IMG/VR virus record: IMGVR_UViG_3300013121_000036
Coordinates: 1 to 64,000 of that record
DNA from: a virus
Taxonomy: Duplodnaviria; Caudoviricetes
Reading direction: 5' to 3' (one strand)
Length of the DNA: 64,000 nucleotides
A program made the translations under genes and the position numbers. Below are positions 52,399-61,975 of the stretch, piece after piece; position 1 is the stretch's first letter, and each line of letters opens with the position of its first letter. The notes below the pieces were generated by a model. It did no database searches. It was not told the origin of the DNA and was given only the letters and a program-made list of their open reading frames with translations.

Positions 52399-52910
52399 TG
52401 TATACGCAACGAGGGCCGATGGGGTGGGTGAGCCCACCAAGCGCCAATCCTGGCTCTGTTCACTACAACCCTTACCCGCCGAACTTCCTTCCTCCAGTGC
52501 ACGTCGCCCCGACGGGCATGAGCGGCCTGAGTACCGCTGGAAAGGGAGTCGTGTTCGGAGCGGCCCTTGTTGCGTCTCTGGCGAACCCTATCGTCATGGG
52601 CGCGGGAGGCGTGGCTGCCGGCCTGGGGTACGTGTCCTCTTCCGAGGGAAAGGAAGTGCATCACGCCATCAAGTACGGTCTGATCACGTACGGCGTCGCC
52701 GCCTTCGTCCTCGCCGCCGGCATCACGTGGCTGGCCGACACCGTGGTTGACGCTGTCGAGTCGGCGCCAGAACCGGCTCCGGCGATCCCTCCGCCGCCCG
52801 TTCAGGGCGTTTCCCAGGGAGCCCCTGGCATGATCGGGACGCAGCAGACCTACAACGCGCCAGCCCAGTCTGGCATGGTGGGAACGTCTGTTTCGGGGTG
52901 GTGGTTATGA
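52398..52910 (+). CDS. multi-TM membrane protein (ends TTA-TGA)
   Basis: TGATG start; hydrophobic helices. Confidence 0.7.
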   Translation: MYTQRGPMGWVSPPSANPGSVHYNPYPPNFLPPVHVAPTGMSGLSTAGKGVVFGAALVASLANPIVMGAGGVAAGLGYVSSSEGKEVHHAIKYGLITYGVAAFVLAAGITWLADTVVDAVESAPEPAPAIPPPPVQGVSQGAPGMIGTQQTYNAPAQSGMVGTSVSGWWL

Positions 52911-53404
52911 TTCCATACACCATCCTCGCCATGGCAGGTCTCGGCGACGCTCCGCCGACCTGTCCCGACTGGTCGACGTACAGCCCCATGCTGGGCTCTT
53001 GCGTTCCCGACCCGTACTGGAAAGACAGGCAGCAGCCCGGCCTGCCAGGCTCGACTTGTCCTGATGGCAGCATCAAGGATCCGAACTACGGCATCTGCTT
53101 CCCAAGCACGATGCCCATTCCTGTGGCGACGAGCCCGACGCCGGTTGGGACGACGCCAAAGCTGCCAAGCATCGCAGACCCAGACTGGCAGGCCAGGAGG
53201 GTTGAGTGGTGCAAGTCTGACGATGCCAAGAGGCTCAAAGACGACCCTCTGACCAAGTCGCTGTGCTTTGACACGTTGCCCGTCAAGGCGGACACCCCGC
53301 CGGTGAAGCCGACAGAGAAGAGCGCTGGTGTTGGTACTGTCACCATCATCGGAGTGGGTCTTCTGGGAGCCGCCGCCGCCTACTACATCTTCAGCGGAAG
53401 GTGA
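52907..53404 (+). CDS. Cys/Pro-rich protein with C-terminal TM
   Basis: TCPD..C repeats; TM. Confidence 0.75.
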   Translation: MIPYTILAMAGLGDAPPTCPDWSTYSPMLGSCVPDPYWKDRQQPGLPGSTCPDGSIKDPNYGICFPSTMPIPVATSPTPVGTTPKLPSIADPDWQARRVEWCKSDDAKRLKDDPLTKSLCFDTLPVKADTPPVKPTEKSAGVGTVTIIGVGLLGAAAAYYIFSGR

Positions 53405-53408
53405 CGCC

Positions 53409-53936
53409 ATGCCGGAGAACAAAGTCATCGATCAGGACGTCATCAACCAGGCCCTCATCGGCATAGTCATTGGCGGCGTCCTCATCGGCATCTCCGCGTT
53501 CTTCGGCGGAGCCGCGTACCTGCACAGGAAGGTGAACAAGAAGGTCACCATCATGGTGCATGGCTCGCCACGGCTCGTGACACCCGAAATGGCTTACGAG
53601 CTTGGGATACCGAGCAAGTTCTGGGACCAGACACGTGGCATATGGGACTCAGCCACCACCGCCAGAAACGAGGAATACTGGGAGTCAAGGTGGACCGGAA
53701 AGAAGCCCATGCAAGTGTCAGACAGCGGCGAGTGGCCGGCGACGAACTTGGAAGGGCCGCTGGCGGACAGCGGCGAGTGGCCGGTCAGCGGACAGAACCA
53801 GGAATGGGCCGAGGCCGAGGTCAGGGACTGGGAGTACGGTGCATCTCCGCATAGCCTGGCGGAGTGGTCCACCGAGGCATATCGACTTCCTGCCGACGAC
53901 ACGGACCTTTCGGAGCTGCGTAGAGGAAGGTCCTAA
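53409..53936 (+). CDS. N-terminal TM protein
   Basis: QALIGIVIGG..FGGAAYL; DSGEWP x2. Confidence 0.7.
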   Translation: MPENKVIDQDVINQALIGIVIGGVLIGISAFFGGAAYLHRKVNKKVTIMVHGSPRLVTPEMAYELGIPSKFWDQTRGIWDSATTARNEEYWESRWTGKKPMQVSDSGEWPATNLEGPLADSGEWPVSGQNQEWAEAEVRDWEYGASPHSLAEWSTEAYRLPADDTDLSELRRGRS

Positions 53937-53937
53937 C

Positions 53938-54369
53938 ATGGAAACGACCCCCATCGCCATTGACCCAGAGATCGCCAGGCAAGCTCTTGTTGGCATCGTC
54001 TTGGGCGGCATCTTCATCGCGGCGGCAGCTTCGTTCGGCGGGGCGATGTATCTGGAACATGAAGCCGCGTCTCAGTGGAAGCGAAGCCGCCCCACTGCGC
54101 CGTCTCGATCTTGGCGCCACGAGCCATACGAAGCGCCTCCCACCACGGAGCGAGACCCTTGGGCTCAGTATCGCGGAGCCATCGTGAGGGCCAAGGAGAA
54201 GGCAGAGCGACGAGCCATGACCAAGCGGGCCCACAGCATCGCCGAGTACGGCGAGCTTGAGAGGCGCAAACGACTTGGGCCTTCTGGCGTCGATCTGCGA
54301 CACTACGAGGAAGAAGCGCCCTCCACAGACGAAGGATGGGCGCCGCCAACCCTCCGCTCACCGAGGTAA
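53938..54369 (+). CDS. N-terminal TM protein (paralog of the previous gene)
   Basis: QALVGIVLGG..FGGAMYL. Confidence 0.7.
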   Translation: METTPIAIDPEIARQALVGIVLGGIFIAAAASFGGAMYLEHEAASQWKRSRPTAPSRSWRHEPYEAPPTTERDPWAQYRGAIVRAKEKAERRAMTKRAHSIAEYGELERRKRLGPSGVDLRHYEEEAPSTDEGWAPPTLRSPR

Positions 54370-54370
54370 C

Positions 54371-54853
54371 ATGTCTCTGGGTATTTTCGACAACGTCGAT
54401 GCAATCGACGCCGGCTCCGATGGCGTCGACACGCCTGACGCCACCGAAGCGGGCAACATCGCGACCGCTGGAGTCCTTCCGCTCATCGCCATCCTTGGTG
54501 GGGCTGCCTACGTCAAGGAACAGTGCGAGACGACTCACGACATGCCAGACTTCGTCTGCGAGCAGATGGGGTGGAGCTTCATAGGGACGCTCCCGAAGGA
54601 CTTCTGCGCCCCCGGCTATCAGGTGTCTCCATCTGGCGGCTGTGTTCCGGCGACGGCACCTTCGACGCCGACCTCGTCGAAGCCCGCATCAACACCGACT
54701 TCGCCGAGGCCGACTTCGCCGAGGCCGATGCCGACCACGACGACGCCCGCCGTTCTTCCGCCACCGCCACAGAAGAGTGGAATCAGCACCCCCGTGATGG
54801 TCGCAGGTGGGCTGCTGCTGCTGGCTGGTGCTATCTATTTCCTGAAGAGGTTA
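54371..54853 (+). CDS. Pro/Thr-rich protein with C-terminal TM; ends at TTA
   Basis: TM plus LKR, TTA 54851, next ATG 54858. Confidence 0.75.
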
Positions 54854-54857
54854 CCTC

Positions 54858-55496
54858 ATGTCCATCGGTTCTCTCGCGGGCAAGGGCGGTCTCGGGTCTC
54901 TTGGCTCGGCCGGCGCGCTCGGCATCTTCGACGATTTCGACTTCGGCGACTTCTTCGGCGGGTCGGCTCCCATCGACGCTGGCACCGAGGGTGCCGGCGG
55001 TGGCGACACGAGCGGCGGCGTCGACACGTCACCCCTCACGCCCCAGACGGGCGAGGCTCCCGTCAAGACGTCTCCAGGCGCCGTGCCGAAGTTCGACATC
55101 TGCGCCCCGCCGTACGTCCAAGACCCGCTCAACCCCAACTTCTGCATCCTCGACTCGAAGGTCAACACGACCTGCCCCAAGGGCCAGGTGTATGACCCTG
55201 TCAAGAAGGGGTGCGTCTCGTCGGCCGACTACTACGACTTCCTGGGTGGTCAGGGAACCCATGTGGACCCGACCAAGCAGAACTGCCCCTACGGCCAGAA
55301 GCTGGTCAACGGCAAGTGCGTGAACCTGGCGGCTCCGACTCCGACCGGGACCAGCACCGCGAAGCCCCCCCCGAAGCCAGTCGTCGCCGCCCCCCCGCCT
55401 GCTCCGGCCAAGAAGAGCATGATGGTTCCGCTGGTCGTCGGCGGCCTGGCGCTCCTCGCCGTCGGCGGCCTCGCCTACTACGCCAAGACCCACTGA
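54858..55496 (+). CDS. Cys-repeat protein with C-terminal TM
   Basis: CPKGQ..GCV, CPYGQ..KCV; TM. Confidence 0.8.
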   Translation: MSIGSLAGKGGLGSLGSAGALGIFDDFDFGDFFGGSAPIDAGTEGAGGGDTSGGVDTSPLTPQTGEAPVKTSPGAVPKFDICAPPYVQDPLNPNFCILDSKVNTTCPKGQVYDPVKKGCVSSADYYDFLGGQGTHVDPTKQNCPYGQKLVNGKCVNLAAPTPTGTSTAKPPPKPVVAAPPPAPAKKSMMVPLVVGGLALLAVGGLAYYAKTH

Positions 55497-55503
55497 GGGC
55501 AGC

Positions 55504-56349
55504 ATGGGCCTCGAACAGCTCGTCGGTGACGCCGTCGTGCCGCGCTTCGTCGGCTTCGCCGTTGCCGAGAGGCTTCAGGTCGGCTGGGCAGCGGCAGACG
55601 GCGCCTTGCGCAAATACGTGGACCTGGACGCCGTCGAGGTGGACTTCGACGTCGCCTCGACGACCCTGGATGCCGCTGGCGTGTGGCTCCGCGACAACCG
55701 AGCCACCGTCGAGCAGGCTCTCCAGAGCGGCGACGTGAGCAACGCTCTGCTCGCGATGCCGGCCAACGAGGCAGCCAACATGCTCGTGGCCCAATTCATA
55801 GTGGCGACGAGGGCCGCTGGCGCTCACCTGAGTGGCAGCCTGAGGGTCTCGGAGGCTGAGCAGGCCAAGGACGCCTACCGGCTGCTCCAGTTCTTCGAGG
55901 TGCTGCTCATCCTCGATGAGAAGGGGACTCTCACCTCGATATTCACCGGCGCCACCTCGGCCTCGGCACAGGTCAAAGGCAGCCTGGGGCGGCTCGCCGG
56001 TCTTGGCGGAGGAGCCGCTGCCGCCATCGCACCCATCATCACGGCTGTGCCGCCGTGGCTCATCGTCATCGTCATCGCCATCGCTCTGCTGGCGGTGGTG
56101 TGGGTCATCATGTACGCTCCGCAGATGACGGCTAAAGCCGTCGCGTACAATGATGCCTGCAAGGAAGCGCTTGAGTCGGCCAAGCAGGGGCAACGGAACA
56201 AGCTGGCTGAGGATCTGTGCCGGATGTTCAGTCGACAAGATCCGACGGCGGAGGCGCTCAACAACGCCGTTTGGGTCGTCGGCGGCGTCGCGGCGGCATA
56301 CCTATTCATGGTCTACGGTCTCCCCTCTCTGATCGCGAGGAGAGCATGA
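55504..56349 (+). CDS. membrane protein
   Basis: Two TM segments. Confidence 0.75.
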   Translation: MGLEQLVGDAVVPRFVGFAVAERLQVGWAAADGALRKYVDLDAVEVDFDVASTTLDAAGVWLRDNRATVEQALQSGDVSNALLAMPANEAANMLVAQFIVATRAAGAHLSGSLRVSEAEQAKDAYRLLQFFEVLLILDEKGTLTSIFTGATSASAQVKGSLGRLAGLGGGAAAAIAPIITAVPPWLIVIVIAIALLAVVWVIMYAPQMTAKAVAYNDACKEALESAKQGQRNKLAEDLCRMFSRQDPTAEALNNAVWVVGGVAAAYLFMVYGLPSLIARRA

Positions 56350-56768
56350 TGTTTGCAACGAGGAGCAGGGCTGGAGGTGCAAACCTGCCACCTCCGTCTC
56401 CAACGGAAGGGCAGGTCTACTCCGTCCCGAGACTGTCCGGCGGATACGACTATTTCCGCGGCAAGCCAGGCTCCTCGGTCCCGATCAACGACGACGTCGA
56501 TGTGCCCGTGGTGGCGCATCCCAACCCCATCGGGGTGAGCAGCCTGACCATCGGCTGCTCATTGCCCAACGGTGCCGTCTACATAGGCCGTGGCGATGTA
56601 GCCAGGGGGTGCGTCACTCCGATGCCAGGGGCTGGGTCCACGACGGAACTGCGGACGGGGCTCGGCTTCGTTGACGCAGACTCGGCCAACACCATGGCGG
56701 GCATCACCACGCTGGTCGTCGCAGGCGTCGCTTTCCTTGCCATAGGCTACTTCGTCACGAGGGACTGA
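56346..56768 (+). CDS. C-terminal TM protein
   Basis: YSV..GGYDYF; TGLG followed by TM. Confidence 0.75.
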   Translation: MMFATRSRAGGANLPPPSPTEGQVYSVPRLSGGYDYFRGKPGSSVPINDDVDVPVVAHPNPIGVSSLTIGCSLPNGAVYIGRGDVARGCVTPMPGAGSTTELRTGLGFVDADSANTMAGITTLVVAGVAFLAIGYFVTRD

Positions 56769-57274
56769 TGCCAAGGACAGTGCTCGACACCAAGCCCTAC
56801 GCCGCCAACCTCCGCAAGACCTTCACTGCGAAGCCGCTGCGCCGAGGAGAGTACGACGTGGGTGTCATGTGGCCCACATCCCTGGTGCACGTGGGCACGT
56901 GCGAGTCTGTCATGTACTCCTCGGACAAGTGGTACGAGGATGGAGAGTTCATCGACTACAAACACGTCGCTGAGGGCCCCCAGAAGCTGTACGTCAACAG
57001 CAACCTCGCTGGACACAAGTGGTCCGGCAAGAGGGTCAAGATGTGCGAGCCGCTCCCCAGTCACGTGGCCGAGCTGGCCCCTTGCCTTGGCATCCAAAGC
57101 GTCTTGCACGACGGCAAAGCCGTACAGATCAGCATTCCCAACTGCATCCTGTTCGGCACCAGGACCCCGGTGGGCAAGGTCCCATTTCTCGTCCTGGCTG
57201 TTCCTGGCGACATGGTGTGCGCCATCGTGACGGGCGAAGAGCTTGACGTGACCTCCGACGGCATTGTCGGGTTA
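56768..57274 (+). CDS. hypothetical virion-operon protein; ends at TTA
   Basis: VMYSSDKW..IDYKH; ends DGIVG-TTA exactly on the convergent gene's TAA. Confidence 0.75.
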
Positions 57275-57556
57275 CCTCCCTGGCATGACGTAGCCAAGGA
57301 TCTCCTCAGGCTTGAAAGAGCCGAAGACGACCGACTTCAGGCGCGGCATGACGGGAATGCCTCGCCTGGACAAGAGAACGTTCGTGGCTGACCCGTCGTC
57401 GTCTGGGCAGACGTTCTTCCAGTCCCACGTCGTCTCACCCGCCCTATTCTCGTAGACGCCGAGAATACGGACTGCCTCTCCTCGCCTCAGCGCTTTCCTT
57501 GCTCTTGCAAGCGTTGAGGTAGACAAGGGCCTGCGCTTCATCTCGGAGGGAGGCAT
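57272..57556 (-). CDS. hypothetical protein (start uncertain)
   Basis: Convergent ORF ending in TAA at 57274-57272. Confidence 0.45.
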   Translation of the reverse strand: MPPSEMKRRPLSTSTLARARKALRRGEAVRILGVYENRAGETTWDWKNVCPDDDGSATNVLLSRRGIPVMPRLKSVVFGSFKPEEILGYVMPGR

Positions 57557-57974
57557 ACGAGCACAGGATACCGCAGTCGACGGCGATACAGAAGGCTTGG
57601 TACGTGGAGAAGGTGGGACACCAGGCGGCCTGTAGGAAAAGGGCCCTCACTTCCCACCCCCTGGCCTGTGACTCCTCGGCCTTGCCTATCATGACCCTGT
57701 TGCGGAAGTGAGCCTCTCCCTGGCCCTCGCACCACCTCTCTGGGACATCTGACCAAGAGCGCTCGACGACACCGCTGCACTGGTACTTGGTCCACTTCAG
57801 CCGTGAGGCCGTCGCGATCTCGATCGCCAGCGCCTCTGGACCGCGAGAACCTCCGGCGAGCAGATGGTCTGGATCGAAGTCCGCCATGACCGACGAGATC
57901 ATGGAGTCAGACCACTTCACGGACCACGCCGCGTCTTCGAGCGCGGAAGAACCGATGACAACGAGGAGCTTCAT
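57444..57974 (-). CDS. SLOG/YspA-like nucleotide-binding protein
   Basis: LLVVIGS..AGGSRGPEALA..A..GEAHFRNRVM. Confidence 0.6.
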   Translation of the reverse strand: MKLLVVIGSSALEDAAWSVKWSDSMISSVMADFDPDHLLAGGSRGPEALAIEIATASRLKWTKYQCSGVVERSWSDVPERWCEGQGEAHFRNRVMIGKAEESQARGWEVRALFLQAAWCPTFSTYQAFCIAVDCGILCSYASLRDEAQALVYLNACKSKESAEARRGSPYSRRLRE

Positions 57975-57978
57975 GTGT

Positions 57979-58269
57979 TCACCATACTCCAATGCTGAGC
58001 GCTGCGATCTGCGCGTCAGCCTTTTCCTGGTCCGAATAGCCTATCCTGGCTGCCATCATGCGACTGTTCCAGACCCGAACAATCGCCGCCACGGCCTCCT
58101 CATCTTTCATATGCAAGGCAACGATCTCTTTCTTGAGGCCCTTCTTGGGCAGTCTCTTGGCAACGATGCGAGTCCTGCCCGTCAGCTTCTCGACGCTCCT
58201 GGTGAGCTTCCACCACTTTGCGACCATCATCTCCGCCGTGCCGAAGTCAGGATTGGTCCCCGCCAGCAT
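57979..58269 (-). CDS. hypothetical protein
   Basis: GAAGGA SD. Confidence 0.5.
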   Translation of the reverse strand: MLAGTNPDFGTAEMMVAKWWKLTRSVEKLTGRTRIVAKRLPKKGLKKEIVALHMKDEEAVAAIVRVWNSRMMAARIGYSDQEKADAQIAALSIGVW

Positions 58270-58432
58270 CTTTCCTTCTCCTCTCTATCTCCATCTTGCA
58301 CACGTGCCTTATCCAGGCGGAGGCGGGCCTGTCATCCTGCTTCGCAGCGAGGACTATCTGCTCCCTCAGCCCCCTCGTCATGCCCACGTGGACGGTGACG
58401 ACGGCGTTTTCATCGGTCTTCTTCTTGGCCAT
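58247..58432 (-). CDS. ribbon-helix-helix DNA-binding protein
   Basis: VTVHVGM-TRGLREQIVLAAKQDDRPASAWIR. Confidence 0.65.
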   Translation of the reverse strand: MAKKKTDENAVVTVHVGMTRGLREQIVLAAKQDDRPASAWIRHVCKMEIERRRKDAGGDQS

Positions 58433-58579
58433 GTACTACTCGTGTACTTCTTTCTGAGGGGGGCCGCAAGAGAAATTTGTCACTTCGCCATGCCGGCGAG
58501 AACAATGAGTCCCTGAACGGCTTTGGCCCCGCGTGTCGAGCGTGGGAGGCGGTCTGAGCCCTCTTCTCTCAGGAGAGGT

Positions 58580-61036
58580 GTGTCTTTGGCTACCGCCCAC
58601 GTGACCGCTGTGACCATGAAGCAGGTCAAGAGCTACGACAAACCCAAGGGGTTGGCCGCGAACAAGTACGCGGCCAACGGCCTCGGCGTCGTCGCTCTGG
58701 CTGCCGTCAATGGTCGTGGCGCGGCAAAGGCTTGGCGGCCGAAGACGAAGGCCCAGCGCTCTTGGGTCAGCGACAAGATTTCGTACCTCATCAAGCACGA
58801 TGGGATGGGCCAGCGACAGGCCATCGCGGTTGCCCACTCGATGGGCAAGCGTGAGTTCTCCAAGTCGAAGCCCTCCAACAAGAGGAGCAGCCTCACAACC
58901 GGCATCAGCAAGGCGAGGCTGTCAAAGGGCAAGGTACTTGTCGGCGGAAAGAAAGTAGACGCCCACAAGTTCGACAAAGCCTACTCGGTACACGTCTCCC
59001 CAGACGGCAAGAAGACTTCGCTCTACTGGTCGGGCACCAAGGCTGGCGACGGCAAACTGGCTCGGCTGAAGGTCAAAGAGCTGGTTCGGGTGAAGTGGGG
59101 CAAGCCGGCGGAGCTTCGCTTTTGGGGCAAGGGCGGCAAGGACGTCAAGCTCAAGGCGAGCAGCGTTGACGTCAACCCCAAGAAAAAGACCATCAAGGTC
59201 GGCAAGAAGACGTTCAAGTTCAGCGACTTCCAAGGTGGAGCCGGCTTGGAATACTTCGCCGACGACTTCCTTTCTGACTACCACAGCGGGAAGAGAGAAA
59301 AGGGATTCAGCGGCTTCGTCGCCAACTCGAAAGACGCCACGCAGGGTGGCGCGAAGGGACCCATGACCATCTACGAAGCAAACGGTAGCCGCAAGAGCAA
59401 GAAGGGCGGCGGCAAGCTCTCGAAGGCAGAGCGTCGCAAGATCGCTCTGCGCAACCTGGCGAAGGCTCGCAGGGCCCTCGGCAAGAAGGGCGGCGGCAAG
59501 AAGGGCGGCGGCAAGCGCGGCAAGAAGAGCGGCAACAGCCAGTTCGTCACCAAGACGGTGAAGGTGCGCGAGCGCGTCGCGTATGGCCCGTACCGTCTCG
59601 CTCGCGACTCGAAGGGCCGCCCCATCCCGTTCGCCTACCGAGAAGGCAAGGGCAAAGGCAAGTCGCTGAAGCGAGTGCCTCAGTGGGCCCTCTTCGGATT
59701 CAAGTCCGAGGAAGCCTTCGAGAAGGCCAAGCAGGACGAGAAGCAGTCGGCTCGCATCTGGGAGCAAACGGCAAAGGCCGTCGAAGAGCGTGGCAAGGCC
59801 ATCGAGGCTCTTCAGCGCCGCGCCGCCAAGTCGATCGAAGCGGCGAAAGCCAAGGCCGACCGCGCCGCCAAGGCGTTCGAGGCCGAAGAAGAGCGTGTCA
59901 GGAAGGGAGAGTCTTTCTACGTCATGAACTCCAAGAAGAGCAGCAAACGAGGCAAGCGCGGCGGCAAGCTCTCGAAGGCAGAGCGTCGCAAGATCGCTCT
60001 GCGCAACCTGGCGAAGGCTCGCAGGGCCCTCGGCAAGAAGGGCGGCGGCAAGAAGAGCGCTGCCAAGCGTGGCAAGAAGGGCGCTGCCAAGCGCGGCAAG
60101 AAGAACTACGCGAAGTACGGTCCTCGTGACTCGAAGGGCCGTCTCCTGAAGAAGGGCGCTGCCAAGCGCAGCAGCAAGCGCAGCAGCAAGCGCAGCAGCA
60201 AGCGCAGCAGCAAGAGGATGCGCCGCAACGGCGAGGGCGCGGTCGTGCAGACGATGGCCGCGAACCGCCGCCATGGCCGCCGCCGCAAGATGCGCCGCAA
60301 CGACTTCATGGCGATGCTCCGCCCCGCGCTGACGACCGGCGCCTCCGTTCTCGGTGGCTTCCTGGTCCACCGTGCGGCCTCGAACGTGGTCTCCGAGAAG
60401 GTGCTGACCATGGTGGGGTACCTCGCGGACTCGCCCTTCCGCAGCTCGATCGCGGGCGTCCTCGTGGCCCTCGCGGGCGTTCCCCTCGCCCAGAAGTTCA
60501 TGCCCTCGAACGCTCTTGCGGTCGGCGCCGGCATGGTTACGTCTGCGCTGCACACCGCCGTCCTCGCGGTCCTCAAGGCCGCCGGTCAGGACGCCGCCGC
60601 CAACTACCTCGCTGGCGTCGGCGACATCCCCGCGGTCAACACGACCGGCTGGGCTGGCATCGGGGCCTACGAGCTGGCCGGCATGGGCGCTCCGTACGCT
60701 CAGGCCGCCGCTGGCATGGGTGCCTACCCTGTCCAGGCTGCCGCTGGCATGGGCGCCTACGAGCTGGCCGGCATGGGCGCTCCGTACGCTCAGGCCGCCG
60801 CTGGCATGGGTGCCTACCCTGTCCAGGCGGCCGCCGGGTACGGCGCCTACGAGCTGTCGGGCATGGGCGTCATCGCTGACGGGATCCGCCCCGACGGTGC
60901 CAGCATCGAGCAGGCCCTCAACGAGGCCGATCAGATGGCCGGCGGCGATGGCCCCATCCCCTCGCGCGACATCAACGTCCCGACCTACGCTGACCGCGAG
61001 ATGGCGCTCAGCGGCGGGATCTTCCGCGGCTACTGA
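58580..61036 (+). CDS. very basic core-like polyprotein with membrane helices and GMGAY repeats
   Basis: AGGAG SD; K/R-rich repeats, hydrophobic hairpins, (A)GMGAY/P repeats; directly upstream of the capsid candidate. Confidence 0.8.
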   Translation: MSLATAHVTAVTMKQVKSYDKPKGLAANKYAANGLGVVALAAVNGRGAAKAWRPKTKAQRSWVSDKISYLIKHDGMGQRQAIAVAHSMGKREFSKSKPSNKRSSLTTGISKARLSKGKVLVGGKKVDAHKFDKAYSVHVSPDGKKTSLYWSGTKAGDGKLARLKVKELVRVKWGKPAELRFWGKGGKDVKLKASSVDVNPKKKTIKVGKKTFKFSDFQGGAGLEYFADDFLSDYHSGKREKGFSGFVANSKDATQGGAKGPMTIYEANGSRKSKKGGGKLSKAERRKIALRNLAKARRALGKKGGGKKGGGKRGKKSGNSQFVTKTVKVRERVAYGPYRLARDSKGRPIPFAYREGKGKGKSLKRVPQWALFGFKSEEAFEKAKQDEKQSARIWEQTAKAVEERGKAIEALQRRAAKSIEAAKAKADRAAKAFEAEEERVRKGESFYVMNSKKSSKRGKRGGKLSKAERRKIALRNLAKARRALGKKGGGKKSAAKRGKKGAAKRGKKNYAKYGPRDSKGRLLKKGAAKRSSKRSSKRSSKRSSKRMRRNGEGAVVQTMAANRRHGRRRKMRRNDFMAMLRPALTTGASVLGGFLVHRAASNVVSEKVLTMVGYLADSPFRSSIAGVLVALAGVPLAQKFMPSNALAVGAGMVTSALHTAVLAVLKAAGQDAAANYLAGVGDIPAVNTTGWAGIGAYELAGMGAPYAQAAAGMGAYPVQAAAGMGAYELAGMGAPYAQAAAGMGAYPVQAAAGYGAYELSGMGVIADGIRPDGASIEQALNEADQMAGGDGPIPSRDINVPTYADREMALSGGIFRGY
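59406..60055 (+). repeat. dispersed exact repeat of about 98 bp (59406-59503 and 59958-60055)
   Basis: GGKLSKAERRKIALRNLAKARRALGKKGGGKK x2. Confidence 0.9.
60665..60870 (+). repeat. 90-bp tandem duplication encoding GMGAY repeats
   Basis: AYELAGMGAPYAQAAAGMGAYPVQAAAG x2. Confidence 0.9.
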
Positions 61037-61039
61037 CCG

Positions 61040-61071
61040 AAGAGCCCCCCGGTTCGCGCCGGGGGTCTTTC
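61040..61071 (+). terminator. GC hairpin after the core gene (weak terminator or processing site)
   Basis: AAGAGCCCCCCGG-TTCGCG-CCGGGGGTCTTT. Confidence 0.55.
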
Positions 61072-61142
61072 CCCAAAGACTTCACCCTCTCGGGTGAGCC
61101 GGAGCGACCGGCAAAACAACGCTAACAACCGGAGAGAATACC

Positions 61143-61868
61143 ATGGCCAAGCTGACCAACATCCGTGAGCGCGTTCAACAGCCCTTCCGCGATGCGCTCG
61201 TGCGCACCTCGGGCCTCTATGCCGGCACCCTTCAGGACAGGACCAACCTGTTCTCGAACGGCACCAACAAGGACGTCGGGTCCACCAACTTGCCCTCGGG
61301 CAACCAGCTCCCCAGCGACAACAGCATGATCGTGCTGGCGCTGCGCGTGTTCACGTGGTTCCGCCAGAGCATCCTGCGCGGCGAAGCCAACAACGGCGAC
61401 GTGAGCGACTTCCCCAACGGCGCCGGCGAGATCGGTGAGAACAACGTCCTCGGCGCCACCGAGGACGTGTACCGCCTCTACTGGCAGAGCCAGGAGCAGC
61501 TTTTCTGGACCTTCGGCGCTGGCGGCAAGCCCAGCATCGAGCTGATGCCCTCGGCCTACTTCCCCTACGGCGGCGGCCTCCCCGGCGACCTGGGTGGGGC
61601 GTCGGACATCATCAACCTCTACAACGGCGACGCCGGGCACGATCACGTGCTGAAGCTCGCTCGCGCCATCCTCCTGGTGCCGCGCCAGTCGATCAAGTGC
61701 GAGGCCGTCATCCAGGCGCTCCCCGACGGTGGTCAGGCGACCACGTTCGGCACCACCCAGGGCAGCCGCAACATGCTGTCGCTGACCGCCAACCTCAACG
61801 CGGTCGACGCCATCCAGAAGGTGATCACGTTCACCTTCGACGGCCTCTTCTCGCGCGACGTGCAGTTA
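61143..61868 (+). CDS. major capsid protein candidate (single jelly-roll-like); ends at TTA
   Basis: Very strong codon bias, beta-rich, TNLPSGNQLP..LARAILLVPRQSI..FDGLFSRDVQ; TTA at 61866 followed by structured non-coding DNA. Confidence 0.6.
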
Positions 61869-61878
61869 CCTGCACTCA

Positions 61879-61975
61879 CCCCGCTTCGGCGGGAGCCCTC
61901 GACCAGCTCGGGGGCCCACTCAGCTCCGCCCTTTGACCGAGGGCTGGCGGCGCCGAGTGGGTCTTCGAGCTGGTC
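61879..61975 (+). other. structured intergenic RNA (UUCG hairpin plus 21-bp stem)
   Basis: CCCGC-TTCG-GCGGG; 61901-61921 pairs with 61955-61975 including 3 G-U pairs. Confidence 0.7.

Noticed and set aside
59406-60055. Diversity-generating retroelement TR/VR pair
   Set aside because: The copies are identical and in frame within one gene, with no adenine-specific mismatches and no reverse transcriptase.
54845-61875. A conserved hairpin presenting the TTA as a recoding signal
   Set aside because: Seen at 54851 (GAGG-TTA-CCTC) and 61866 but not at most other sites. Only a loose [GT]-TTA-[CT] context is shared.
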